The notes under the pieces are model-generated. The model did not search any database. It worked only from the letters and a program-made list of their open reading frames with translations, and was not told the DNA's origin. This document shows positions 37,103 to 45,317 of a stretch of 64,000 nt of DNA, in pieces; the first letter of the stretch is position 1; each line of letters begins with the position of its first letter. The translations under genes and the position numbers were made by a program. The stretch is from Bacteroidales bacterium (lineage in GTDB: Bacteria > Bacteroidota > Bacteroidia > Bacteroidales > FEN-979): the NCBI GenBank assembly GCA_014860625.1, contig JACZJJ010000119.1:363-64362 (forward strand). Reading direction: 5' to 3'.

Positions 37103-37936
37103 ATGTCGCAAGAATTTGAACTCAACTGGAAAAAATTAATGCCCACCATCCTGATCGTTGCCGGAGTGATCCTCGTAATTATCTTCTGGGCAAAAATGAC
37201 CGTAACAATTGATGCCGGACACGGAGGTGTTTTGTTTAAAACATTTGCAGGCGGGATCGACACTACTCAAACTTATGGAGAGGGGTTTCATGTAGTCTCC
37301 CCCTGGAATAAAATGGTGGTTTATGAAACCCGGCAGCAGGAGATTGCGGAAGATATGCAGGTGCTTTCGTCAAATGGATTGGAGATAAAAGTAGATGTTT
37401 CGGCCTGGTACCAGCCAATCTGGAGTGAGATGGGAATACTGCATGTGAATATCGGAACCGATTACCTGAAACGCGTTGTTATTCCATCTTTGCGATCCTC
37501 GGCAAGAACGGTGATCGGGCGTTACACGCCAGAGCAAATATATTCCACCAAACGAGATGCTATCCAGGATGAGATTTTTCAGGAGACCAAAGCTATCCTG
37601 GATGATAAATATATCCAACTCAACCGTGTGCTGATCCGTTCGATCATCCTGCCTCCCACCATTAAAACGGCCATTGAAAGCAAGTTGAAGGAGGAGCAGG
37701 AGGCCCTGGAATATGTCTTCAAACTGGAAAAGGCCAAGCAGGAAGCCGAACGCCAACGCATTGATGCCGATGGAAAAGCTACTGCCAACCGGATCCTGAG
37801 TGCAAGTTTGACAGATAAGATCTTATTGGAGAAGGGCATCCAGGCAACATTAAAACTGGCAGAATCACCCAATACAAAAGTGGTGGTAATTGGCAGCGGA
37901 AAAGACGGACTGCCTATCATCTTAGGAGACAAGTAA
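37103..37936 (+). CDS. SPFH/band-7 (prohibitin-like) membrane protein
   Basis: N-terminal TM, EGFHVVSPWNKMVVYETR, and a coiled-coil KLKEEQEALEYVFKLEKAKQEAERQRIDA. Confidence 0.8.
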   Translation: MSQEFELNWKKLMPTILIVAGVILVIIFWAKMTVTIDAGHGGVLFKTFAGGIDTTQTYGEGFHVVSPWNKMVVYETRQQEIAEDMQVLSSNGLEIKVDVSAWYQPIWSEMGILHVNIGTDYLKRVVIPSLRSSARTVIGRYTPEQIYSTKRDAIQDEIFQETKAILDDKYIQLNRVLIRSIILPPTIKTAIESKLKEEQEALEYVFKLEKAKQEAERQRIDADGKATANRILSASLTDKILLEKGIQATLKLAESPNTKVVVIGSGKDGLPIILGDK

Positions 37937-37959
37937 CGTCCCGAAAAGTAATTCCTTAT

Positions 37960-38496
37960 CTACTTATCTCTTTCCGTCAGGATCTCTATCTGGACAGAGT
38001 CTGCAATTCGTTTGTCGGCTACAATGCCGCTGATCCTGTCGTTTGGAATTGTCGGGGAGAGAACATACTGTTCGATTTTCCAGCTGCCATCATATTTTTG
38101 AAGCACCCCTGAACCGCGGCATAGTCCCAGCTTCGTATCCAGCAACTCGTCAAACCAGGCTGTGTTTCCATCTTCACTGATATAGACAAATCTCTGTACC
38201 GGATGAAATTCCCAGGTTTTCCCTGCATCGAAATGGGGTTTGCAAAAGGTGTAAAATTCAGAGGTTGTCCAACGCTCTGTGGCATCTGTCCCGATAAAAA
38301 CCGCCGAATCACTCATGGCGCCAATGTATGCTTCCAGGTTTGCCAGGGCAGCGTCCTGATGCCATTGGTCGATCAGTTCCAGCAGTTCAGTTTCAGGATT
38401 ATTCAGCTGTTGTTCCTCCGGAGTAAACAGATTGCAGCCTGTTATCATGATGACAAGCAGGGAAGATATCAGGAGTAAGCAGTATATTTTTTTCAT
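37960..38496 (-). CDS. lipoprotein, SnoaL/NTF2-like fold (DUF4440-like)
   Basis: MKKIYCLLLISSLLVIMITGC lipobox from the ATG at 38496. The fold call from WHQDAALANLEAY...WKIEQYVLS is weak. Confidence 0.4.
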   Translation of the reverse strand: MKKIYCLLLISSLLVIMITGCNLFTPEEQQLNNPETELLELIDQWHQDAALANLEAYIGAMSDSAVFIGTDATERWTTSEFYTFCKPHFDAGKTWEFHPVQRFVYISEDGNTAWFDELLDTKLGLCRGSGVLQKYDGSWKIEQYVLSPTIPNDRISGIVADKRIADSVQIEILTERDK

Positions 38497-38517
38497 GGGA
38501 TCAAATATTCCCCTCAA

Positions 38518-38579
38518 TAGGCACAATAGGGCACAGTAGGAGTTATCGTGTGTTTTCTACTGTGTCCTATTGTGCCTAC
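38518..38579 (-). other. long stem-loop: 22-bp arms (21/22 complementary), 18-nt loop
   Basis: taggcacaatagggcacagtag ... ctactgtgtcctattgtgccta. It starts 6 nt beyond the Kelch gene stop. No T-run follows. Confidence 0.8.
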
Positions 38580-38584
38580 TAAGG

Positions 38585-39853
38585 TTATTCTTTAATAACA
38601 ACAAGTTTTCTCACCACCGATTGACTTTCATTACTTATCCTGCAGAAATAGACTCCCTGCGGAAGACTACTGATATCAAAGGTAACCTTTGGATTTCCAG
38701 AAGGAATCAGCTCTTTCATCACCCGAATCCCACTCACGTCAACAATCTCCAATTCTGCAAACTGCAAACTGCCAACTGCCCACTGCAGACTGACAACTGA
38801 GCTTGCAGGATTGGGATACAAAACCACATCGAGTCCATCGGAAGGCTGCAGGTTGATCCCAGCGATCGGGTAGCTCTGGGTCGATGCCCAGGTTTGGTTC
38901 ATGACAGCACCTCCCGATTCGCCACCGAATAATAGCACCTTGTAGCTATCTGCCAGACTGATACCCCGGGGACCATCCTCTCCTCCATCCTTGTAGAGCG
39001 CAGCATCGCCGCCAGATACCGGAAGAGGCAAGAAATTCTGCCGCTGGATCACATCGCCTGTTGCCGTATTGAACTCATAAACGAGATCACTATCCTCTCC
39101 CTGTGCGTCACGCCCTCCAAAAATGAAGACAACCTTCTCATTCAGGTTATTAAGCACATTGACATGGCTTGCATATCCCTGCAGGGGCAGCCCCCCAGTA
39201 GTCACTCCCCAGGTTCCATCTTCGATCTGATAATAGACAAATACCCCCGGTTCCCCAAATACGAGCATCATCTGATCCCCGATTGTAAATGCAAGATGGT
39301 GGCTATAGGATTTTGGACAATCTCTAAGCTTTTCGTATCCGGCGGAGGAGTATGACCAGAGGTCCCTGAGATTGTAGCCATCGGCTCCTGTACCTCCAAG
39401 GATCCCCATACTGCCTTCCGGGAAAGGCACGACAGACTGTCCGTGTCTTGCAGGTGGACGGGTTCCAGGGATGGAGGGCTGCTCCCATCGGTTCAGGTAA
39501 AGATCGTAGGTCCACATGTCGTCCAGGGGACCGTTTTCTCCCAATCCGCCAAAAACGTACATCTTGTCACCGCTGATCCAGGCATCATGCTCCATACGTG
39601 CCGGAGGGGGATCGTTCTCAGGGGTGATCTCATTCCAATCGTTTTGTTCAAATACAAATAGATCGTTAAACAGATCCTGTCCCGGGACTCCACCTCCAAA
39701 AAGAAGGACCTTGCCATCAGGCGTCGTCACCATGCTGTGTCCTTCGCGGGGGGAAGGTGCGTTGGGAGGGTTTAAGGATTGCCAGTCCTGGGCAATCAGA
39801 TCACTCATAAACAGGGAGAGGAAGATAGCAGCAACAATGTCTATGTGTCTCAT
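38585..39853 (-). CDS. Kelch-repeat beta-propeller protein with T9SS C-terminal sorting domain
   Basis: Repeated GG...W / R.GHS-type Kelch blades (PSPREGHSMV, PPARMEHDAW, PPARHGQSVV). The CTD is LYPNPASS...LEIVDVSGIRV...GVYFCRI. ATG at 39853 preferred. Confidence 0.72.
   Translation of the reverse strand: MRHIDIVAAIFLSLFMSDLIAQDWQSLNPPNAPSPREGHSMVTTPDGKVLLFGGGVPGQDLFNDLFVFEQNDWNEITPENDPPPARMEHDAWISGDKMYVFGGLGENGPLDDMWTYDLYLNRWEQPSIPGTRPPARHGQSVVPFPEGSMGILGGTGADGYNLRDLWSYSSAGYEKLRDCPKSYSHHLAFTIGDQMMLVFGEPGVFVYYQIEDGTWGVTTGGLPLQGYASHVNVLNNLNEKVVFIFGGRDAQGEDSDLVYEFNTATGDVIQRQNFLPLPVSGGDAALYKDGGEDGPRGISLADSYKVLLFGGESGGAVMNQTWASTQSYPIAGINLQPSDGLDVVLYPNPASSVVSLQWAVGSLQFAELEIVDVSGIRVMKELIPSGNPKVTFDISSLPQGVYFCRISNESQSVVRKLVVIKE
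38755..38799. repeat. heptamer repeat CTGCAAA CTGCAAA CTGCCAA CTGCCCA CTGCAGA CTGACAA CTG, inside CDS
   Basis: Read directly. It translates in frame on the minus strand as VVSLQWAVGSLQFA within the T9SS CTD. Confidence 0.95.
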
Positions 39854-39912
39854 AAGACTGATGTTTAGATTGATATACACAACACAAATATAATAACAAT
39901 TTCTATATGCCC

Positions 39913-39944
39913 CATTTCACCTTTGCGCCATTTCACCATTTCAC
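39913..39944. repeat. CATTTCAC octamer copies (x3, one separated by 8 nt)
   Basis: Read directly, in the divergent spacer upstream of cinA. Confidence 0.7.
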
Positions 39945-39952
39945 TAACTTTG
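39945..39952 (+). promoter_or_regulatory. candidate -7 box TAACTTTG, 4 nt before the cinA ATG
   Basis: Matches TAnnTTTG. The spacing implies a leaderless or near-leaderless mRNA. Confidence 0.45.
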
Positions 39953-39956
39953 TCCC

Positions 39957-41306
39957 ATGAAGATCGAGATCATCAACATTGGCGATGAGATTCTCATCGG
40001 CCAGGTTATCAACACCAATGCGGCCTGGATGGCGGAGGAGCTGAACCGGAACGGATTCAAAGCGTTTCAGTTCACCGTAATTTCCGACAGCCGTGAACAT
40101 ATCCTACAAGCCCTGGAAGATGCACTGAACCGGGCAGATGTGGTGCTGATCAGCGGAGGTCTTGGCCCTACGAAAGACGACATCACGAAAGAGACCATCT
40201 GCGAATTCTTTGATACAAAACTGATATTCAGTGAAGAGGCTTTCCAAAACATTGAAACCCTTTTTTCCAGGAGAGGTTATACAGTAACAGAAGTCAACCG
40301 CAAACAGGCCGAATTGCCAGAGAGTTGTATCAGTCTCCCAAACAGACTGGGGACAGCCAGGGGGATGCTCTTCGAACGAAGGACGAAGGAGGAGGGAAGA
40401 AGGACGAAGGACGAGGGAAGAGGGACGAAGGACGAGGGAAGAGAGACGAAGAAATTGCAAACTGCAAACTGCAAACTGCAAACTGTTTTCATCTTCCTTC
40501 CCGGTGTGCCGTTTGAGATGAAGGATATGTTTACCCGGGAGGTGATTCCCAGATTAAAGGAGCGGTTTGCACCACAAGCGATCTATCACAAAACTGTCCT
40601 CACACAAGGTAAGGGAGAATCGTTCATTGCTGATATCCTGGAAGACTGGGAAAACAACCTCCCCGAACATATCAAGCTGGCCTACCTTCCTCAACCAGGC
40701 ATTGTTCGATTGAGATTGTCGACTTGGGGTTCAGAAGAAGATGTTATTAAGCAGGAGGTAGAGTCGGAGATTTCGAAACTCCATCAACTCATCCCCGAAT
40801 TGATCTTCGGATTCGATAATGATACGCTTGAGTCTATTGTTGGTCAACTTCTCATGCAGCATAAGCAAACCCTGTCCATTGCCGAAAGTGCAACAGGGGG
40901 ATACATCGCGCACCTTGTCACATCCTTATCCGGTAGTTCCGCCTGGTTCCAGGGCTCTGTGGTGGCATATTCCAACCGGTCGAAAGAAGACATCCTTTAC
41001 GTAAAAAGAGATACGCTTGAAAGCCATGGTGCGGTGAGTGAACAGGTTGCGCTGGAGATGGCGCTGGGTGCCCGGGGACGATTCAGAACCGACTATGCCA
41101 TTGCAACCACGGGAATTGCCGGCCCCTCCGGTGAAACTCCCGACAAACCTGTTGGTACATTCTGGATAGGAATTGCTACCCCCGACGGTGTTTTTGCCAA
41201 ACACTTCCTCTTCGGCGACAACCGCGAACGGAATATCCGCAGAACAGCGGTTACGGCGTTGAATTTGTTGAGGAAGGAGATCCTGACCCGCCCCAACCCC
41301 TACTAA
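39957..41306 (+). CDS. cinA: CinA-family protein (MoCF-type N-domain + nicotinamide-nucleotide amidohydrolase PncC C-domain) carrying a 35-aa repeat-encoded insertion
   Basis: MKIEIINIGDEILIGQVINTN, ISGGLGPTKDDITKE, LPGVPFEM, SIAESATGGYIAH, IATTGIAGPSG. The insertion RRTKEEGRRTKDEGRGTKDEGRETKKLQTANCKLQT sits between GMLFE and VFIFLPGVP. Confidence 0.85.
   Translation: MKIEIINIGDEILIGQVINTNAAWMAEELNRNGFKAFQFTVISDSREHILQALEDALNRADVVLISGGLGPTKDDITKETICEFFDTKLIFSEEAFQNIETLFSRRGYTVTEVNRKQAELPESCISLPNRLGTARGMLFERRTKEEGRRTKDEGRGTKDEGRETKKLQTANCKLQTVFIFLPGVPFEMKDMFTREVIPRLKERFAPQAIYHKTVLTQGKGESFIADILEDWENNLPEHIKLAYLPQPGIVRLRLSTWGSEEDVIKQEVESEISKLHQLIPELIFGFDNDTLESIVGQLLMQHKQTLSIAESATGGYIAHLVTSLSGSSAWFQGSVVAYSNRSKEDILYVKRDTLESHGAVSEQVALEMALGARGRFRTDYAIATTGIAGPSGETPDKPVGTFWIGIATPDGVFAKHFLFGDNRERNIRRTAVTALNLLRKEILTRPNPY
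40378..40454. repeat. purine-rich heptamer repeat x11 (GAAGGAC/GAAGGAG/GAGGGAA...), inside cinA
   Basis: Read directly. Same family (reverse complement) as the CTTCCTT array at 46507. Confidence 0.95.
40455..40485. repeat. heptamer repeat TTGCAAA CTGCAAA x3 CTG, inside cinA
   Basis: Read directly and contiguous with the purine-rich array. The 15 units together total 105 nt, or 35 codons. Confidence 0.95.
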
Positions 41307-41483
41307 TAAGATATAGTTCATTGGTTCGAGGTTATGGGAATAAGTCAGCTCAGTGTCACGAGTTGTAATGACCCGTTCGTCTATTCTTTTAAAGTTTTTA
41401 TCGAAATCGCTTGACTTTGATGTTTCAATAGTTATATATTTGTAAACTTCATTTTTTATGAAGTATATATAAAGTTGAATATC

Positions 41484-42296
41484 ATGAACAATCGATCGAA
41501 GTTGAGAATGTCTGTTGGCCTCTTCTATCCCATCGCAATCATCTCCTGCTACATTTTAGCTATCGCCGAATGGGGTATCCGGTCGTGGCTGATAGGGGAA
41601 GGAATGGATATTAAACCAATGCCCTTCTTTACATATTATATATGTAGCGCATTCTTTATTGGCATGGGCATATTCCAGTGGTTCAAATACCGCCTCTGGG
41701 TAAATCCAGTCATTGGTATTATTGTCGGATTTCTGTGTATTCAGGGTCCAGCCTTGATCATCAACGACTATTTCTTCACCAAAGCCAGCTATTTCGCCAC
41801 GTTTTTTATACTGGGCCTAGTCGTTATCCTCAACTGGTCAACCCTCTACGGCCAGGAGCGTTACGAGATCAATGCACGGAGACTCCTCAAACTTGCTGCA
41901 GAGCAGATTTTTGAAACGATTGATGGTTTTACCGACCGTCCATTTTCTGCCGGGCAGATCAACGCATCAAAGGAAGAGCTATTGGGATTCTCCAGGTTCA
42001 TGGAAGGAAAGTATGTGACAAGGGTATTTCATGAAGATAGTACAATCTTCCTGGCTTTTTCGCTGAACCGAAGCCTCCTTACCGTTGTGAATCCCCGTGA
42101 TGTGAGTCATATTGCCATCTTTGACACAGGAACCATGACCATTTTTATCTCGGAAGCTGATTACCGTCAATATCGCAAAACATACAACTTCAACCAGCTT
42201 TGCCATTCACTTGGAGAGGTGGTCAAACGGTTCATGGGATATTATCAGGAAGGGCTTGAAGGACGGATCATCACCGAACTGAAAACAGCCAGATAA
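41484..42296 (+). CDS. hypothetical membrane protein (about 4 TM segments + soluble C-terminal half)
   Basis: ORF with hydrophobic segments in its first 130 aa. No family recognised. A weak TATATTTG box lies at 41435-41442. Confidence 0.5.
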   Translation: MNNRSKLRMSVGLFYPIAIISCYILAIAEWGIRSWLIGEGMDIKPMPFFTYYICSAFFIGMGIFQWFKYRLWVNPVIGIIVGFLCIQGPALIINDYFFTKASYFATFFILGLVVILNWSTLYGQERYEINARRLLKLAAEQIFETIDGFTDRPFSAGQINASKEELLGFSRFMEGKYVTRVFHEDSTIFLAFSLNRSLLTVVNPRDVSHIAIFDTGTMTIFISEADYRQYRKTYNFNQLCHSLGEVVKRFMGYYQEGLEGRIITELKTAR

Positions 42297-42375
42297 CTGG
42301 AAAATCACAATGTCCAAGCACCAAATTTCAAATAAATATCAATACTTAAGAAATCAATAACCAAAAAACAAACAC

Positions 42376-42561
42376 ATGAATTACAAAGTACACAGGTTAG
42401 ACATCAACATGTATCAGGACCAACACATGCTGGAATGTTTTCTAAACAGCCTGAAAGGAGAAGTAATCTCCATCATTCCAAACGTGGCCAAAACGACATT
42501 TGCTCAGATTTACGGCATTACCCGGAAAATAGATTTTTTGCTGATCGTTGACAAGATTTAA
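42376..42561 (+). CDS. small hypothetical protein (61 aa)
   Basis: ORF only. ATG start, same strand as its neighbours. Confidence 0.35.
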   Translation: MNYKVHRLDINMYQDQHMLECFLNSLKGEVISIIPNVAKTTFAQIYGITRKIDFLLIVDKI

Positions 42562-42621
42562 GAATGAATCTATTCCAAAATAGTCATGATGCTGAAAAAA
42601 GAACACTAAACAAGAATAAAG

Positions 42622-43176
42622 ATGAAAACGTTACAACTCATTGCCTGTGCCCTGTTGCTTGCATTCATCCTTCCCAAGTGTGCAAGCGGACAAGAGGGCC
42701 AGACCGGAAAAACAGGAGAGAAGACCTACTATTATGGAGTGGAGATCAATGATGTCCTTTGCGGGTATGCAAAGGTGACATCAGTTCCGGAAGAAAAAGA
42801 TAGAAAAACGATCGACAAGCTTGATGGCACTGTCTCCCTCAAACTCTCAATCCTGGGTGGAGGAATGGATCTGACTGGTACCTATTTATATCTCTCGGAT
42901 CCGTCATCTGAACAGTTCTTCTATAACACCACAACGGTGGAGACCGGTGGCACAAAAATGGACTTTACTTCTGAAGTGGTTCACGACACCATCTACTTTG
43001 AGTCAGTATCTGCAAAAGAGACGAAAAAAATCCCCGGCGCAAAAAATCTCATCATCGAAAATCCACTTACTACAATCCATATTGTTAAGGATTTTATAAA
43101 AGGGAATGCCACAGAGAAAACCTACAGTTTCTACGATCCGGCCCGGGGAGAGGTCCAGGAGAAACGGCGACGATGA
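42622..43176 (+). CDS. secreted hypothetical protein, possibly truncated
   Basis: Signal peptide MKTLQLIACALLLAFILPKCASG. The ORF ends in ...EKRRR immediately before an out-of-frame TPR-like tail. Confidence 0.5.
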   Translation: MKTLQLIACALLLAFILPKCASGQEGQTGKTGEKTYYYGVEINDVLCGYAKVTSVPEEKDRKTIDKLDGTVSLKLSILGGGMDLTGTYLYLSDPSSEQFFYNTTTVETGGTKMDFTSEVVHDTIYFESVSAKETKKIPGAKNLIIENPLTTIHIVKDFIKGNATEKTYSFYDPARGEVQEKRRR

Positions 43177-43270
43177 ACCTGCCATTGAAAACTACCGGAA
43201 ATCGTTGGAGTTGAATCCTGAAAACAAGAACGCTACTAAGATGCTGGAACAACTTCAATCAGGAGAATAG
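43142..43270 (+). pseudogene. out-of-frame TPR-like C-terminal remnant
   Basis: The +1 frame reads ...GDDEPAIENYRKSLELNPENKNATKMLEQLQSGE*. That is only about two thirds of one TPR unit, with no start codon of its own. Confidence 0.35.
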
Positions 43271-43291
43271 CTACCATAATGAAAGAAAACC

Positions 43292-43891
43292 ATGGACTTT
43301 AAGCAAGCTGCCATACTGGGTTCCTATATCTCGAAAGACTATGCAGAAGATCTTTTCAGGCTGCTGGCTAATTATAACAGCATCTCTGCCTCGGAAGCGG
43401 CTTCTCGTCTTGAAATACATATCAAAACAGCTCAGGACTTCCTGGAAGCCATGAGTGATCTTGGTTTTCTGGGAAAAGAGGAGGTCTATGAAAAGAAACG
43501 CCCCTATTACAGGTATAAACTGATGACGAAGAGAATCTCAATGGATATTGATCTGGCCCCACTCTATCCAAAAGTCACATCTGACGACAGGACAGCACTT
43601 CGGATACGGGAGCGAAAGAATGCAGGGGCACGCTTTACTACATCACGAAATAATCAATACATCAGCAATGTGGTAATCTGGATCGGAAAGGGACGGGAAC
43701 GGACAGAACGACGGATCAACATGACAATCCCTCAGGGACAATTCTTCTTCCACCTCCCCTTTCCCAGTGCTGATTCCCTCTCAATCAGTGCGATCATGGA
43801 GAAAGCGGAGGTTGACCCTGCTCACTTGTCGGAGATCCTCGATATTGTTGATGCCCTGATCGAATTTGGCGTGATTGAAAAAGATGAATAA
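43292..43891 (+). CDS. hypothetical protein with N-terminal winged-helix (ArsR/MarR-like) region
   Basis: DLFRLLANYNSISASEAASRLEIHIKTAQDFLEAMSDLGFL looks like a wHTH. The C-terminal half is unassigned. Confidence 0.45.
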   Translation: MDFKQAAILGSYISKDYAEDLFRLLANYNSISASEAASRLEIHIKTAQDFLEAMSDLGFLGKEEVYEKKRPYYRYKLMTKRISMDIDLAPLYPKVTSDDRTALRIRERKNAGARFTTSRNNQYISNVVIWIGKGRERTERRINMTIPQGQFFFHLPFPSADSLSISAIMEKAEVDPAHLSEILDIVDALIEFGVIEKDE

Positions 43892-43929
43892 AAGCAGTAA
43901 AAAAATTTACAACGTAAAACCAACATACA

Positions 43930-44811
43930 ATGACATCAAGAAAAATTTCACATCTGCTGCTCCCGGTTGGGATGATTTTGACAGCAATCGTTATCATGGC
44001 CGGATGTGCTTCCAAAAAGAGCATCTGGGGCGACACAAAAAAAGGATTGATCCTCAGCTACCGGATGCCGGAAGATAAAACCTACAAGTATCAAGTCACA
44101 TCCGACGTCGACCAGGCTATGGAGATAAATACCCAAAAGCTTGAGGTAACCATGAAAAGTTTTCAGGAGTTTTCCTTTTCCAACATGTTACCCGGTCCCG
44201 ACCCCCTGTCGCTCAAGGTTACCATCGACACCATGTACCTTTACATCAAATCGCCCATGAACGAAATGATCCCCGAAATGAAGGAAGTCATCGGGAAGAG
44301 AATCAACATGTACCTTTCATCCAATGGCCATGAGTCGGACCTTGATGGGGCAAAAGAGATTTTCTATGTTCTTGGTCCTGAGAAACGGAATCTGGGTACG
44401 GAATTCCAGGGGTTCTTTCCCAACCTCCCCGATCATCCTGTGAAGCCGGGAGATACATGGACGTTCAACGACACCATCATGGAAGAATCAGGTAACAACT
44501 GGCTGGGAATTTATTCCAGCAACAACGCCAAACTGGAGGGTTACGAAACGGTTGGCGGCCGCGAGTGTGCCAGGATCGTCATTGAGACAACCGGAACCAT
44601 CTCCGGGAAAGGCAACACTCAGGGAGTGGATACGGAAACGGTCGGTGAGTTCACCGGCACCGATCTCGTTTGGTTCGACTATAAGGAAGGGATTCTTATA
44701 AAGATCTCGTCGAAAGGAACGGCAAAATCACAAACCAAAACCTCCGGAGTACGACAAATGATCATCCCCGGCACGAGGGAGATGACGAAGACGATAGTCC
44801 TAACGGACTAG
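43930..44811 (+). CDS. hypothetical lipoprotein
   Basis: Lipobox ...TAIVIMAGC. The remainder looks beta-rich and no family is recognised. Confidence 0.55.
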   Translation: MTSRKISHLLLPVGMILTAIVIMAGCASKKSIWGDTKKGLILSYRMPEDKTYKYQVTSDVDQAMEINTQKLEVTMKSFQEFSFSNMLPGPDPLSLKVTIDTMYLYIKSPMNEMIPEMKEVIGKRINMYLSSNGHESDLDGAKEIFYVLGPEKRNLGTEFQGFFPNLPDHPVKPGDTWTFNDTIMEESGNNWLGIYSSNNAKLEGYETVGGRECARIVIETTGTISGKGNTQGVDTETVGEFTGTDLVWFDYKEGILIKISSKGTAKSQTKTSGVRQMIIPGTREMTKTIVLTD

Positions 44812-44820
44812 CAGACAAGC

Positions 44821-44884
44821 GGACCAGTGATCCAGTGATCCAGCGATCCAGTGATCCAGTGATCCAGTGATCCAGTAACCAAGT
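44821..44884. repeat. octamer tandem repeat GATCCAGT x8 (end units degenerate)
   Basis: Read directly. It starts 10 nt after the stop at 44811. Confidence 0.95.
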
Positions 44885-44890
44885 ATTCTT

Positions 44891-44898
44891 TATCTTTG
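44891..44898 (+). promoter_or_regulatory. candidate -7 box TATCTTTG
   Basis: Matches TAnnTTTG, 27 nt upstream of the ATG at 44925. This argues against the listed GTG start at 44901. Confidence 0.5.
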
Positions 44899-44924
44899 CG
44901 GTGGATTACTTAGAAGCCTCGATC

Positions 44925-45272
44925 ATGGAAGAGAAGAAGAAGAACCTGCATGTCTTGTGGACTACCGGCGAAAAAGATGTCGCCATACGGATGGTATTTC
45001 AATACCTGATGAATGCCAAAGCCAATGGCTGGTGGGATGAAATCAACCTGATCATCTGGGGGCCGTCGGCCAAACTCGCTGCTGAAGATGAAGAGATCCA
45101 GGATGAGATCCGCATGTGTCTCGACAGCGGTATCACTATACAGGCATGCAAGGCTTGTACCGACTCATATGACGTTACAAAAAAGATTGTCCGGTTGGGA
45201 GTCAATGTCAGGATGATGGGGGAATCGTTTACCGATTACCTGAAAGGAAACGATAAGGTGGTTACCTTCTAG
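44925..45272 (+). CDS. DsrE/DsrF-like family protein
   Basis: LHVLWTTGEKDVA...NLIIWGPSAKL...ITIQACKACTDSY pattern, ~115 aa. Confidence 0.5.
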   Translation: MEEKKKNLHVLWTTGEKDVAIRMVFQYLMNAKANGWWDEINLIIWGPSAKLAAEDEEIQDEIRMCLDSGITIQACKACTDSYDVTKKIVRLGVNVRMMGESFTDYLKGNDKVVTF

Positions 45273-45305
45273 AGGGGCATCATTAATAACATATTCGATT
45301 TTGTT

Positions 45306-45313
45306 TATATTTG
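45306..45313 (+). promoter_or_regulatory. candidate -7 box TATATTTG, 4 nt before the GTG start
   Basis: Matches TAnnTTTG. No in-frame Met is seen in the first ~100 residues downstream. Confidence 0.4.
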
Positions 45314-45317
45314 ATCC

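Noticed and set aside
41318-41390. tRNA-like fragment (ggttcgagg) after cinA
   Set aside because: No acceptor stem, anticodon arm or complete T-arm could be built around it.
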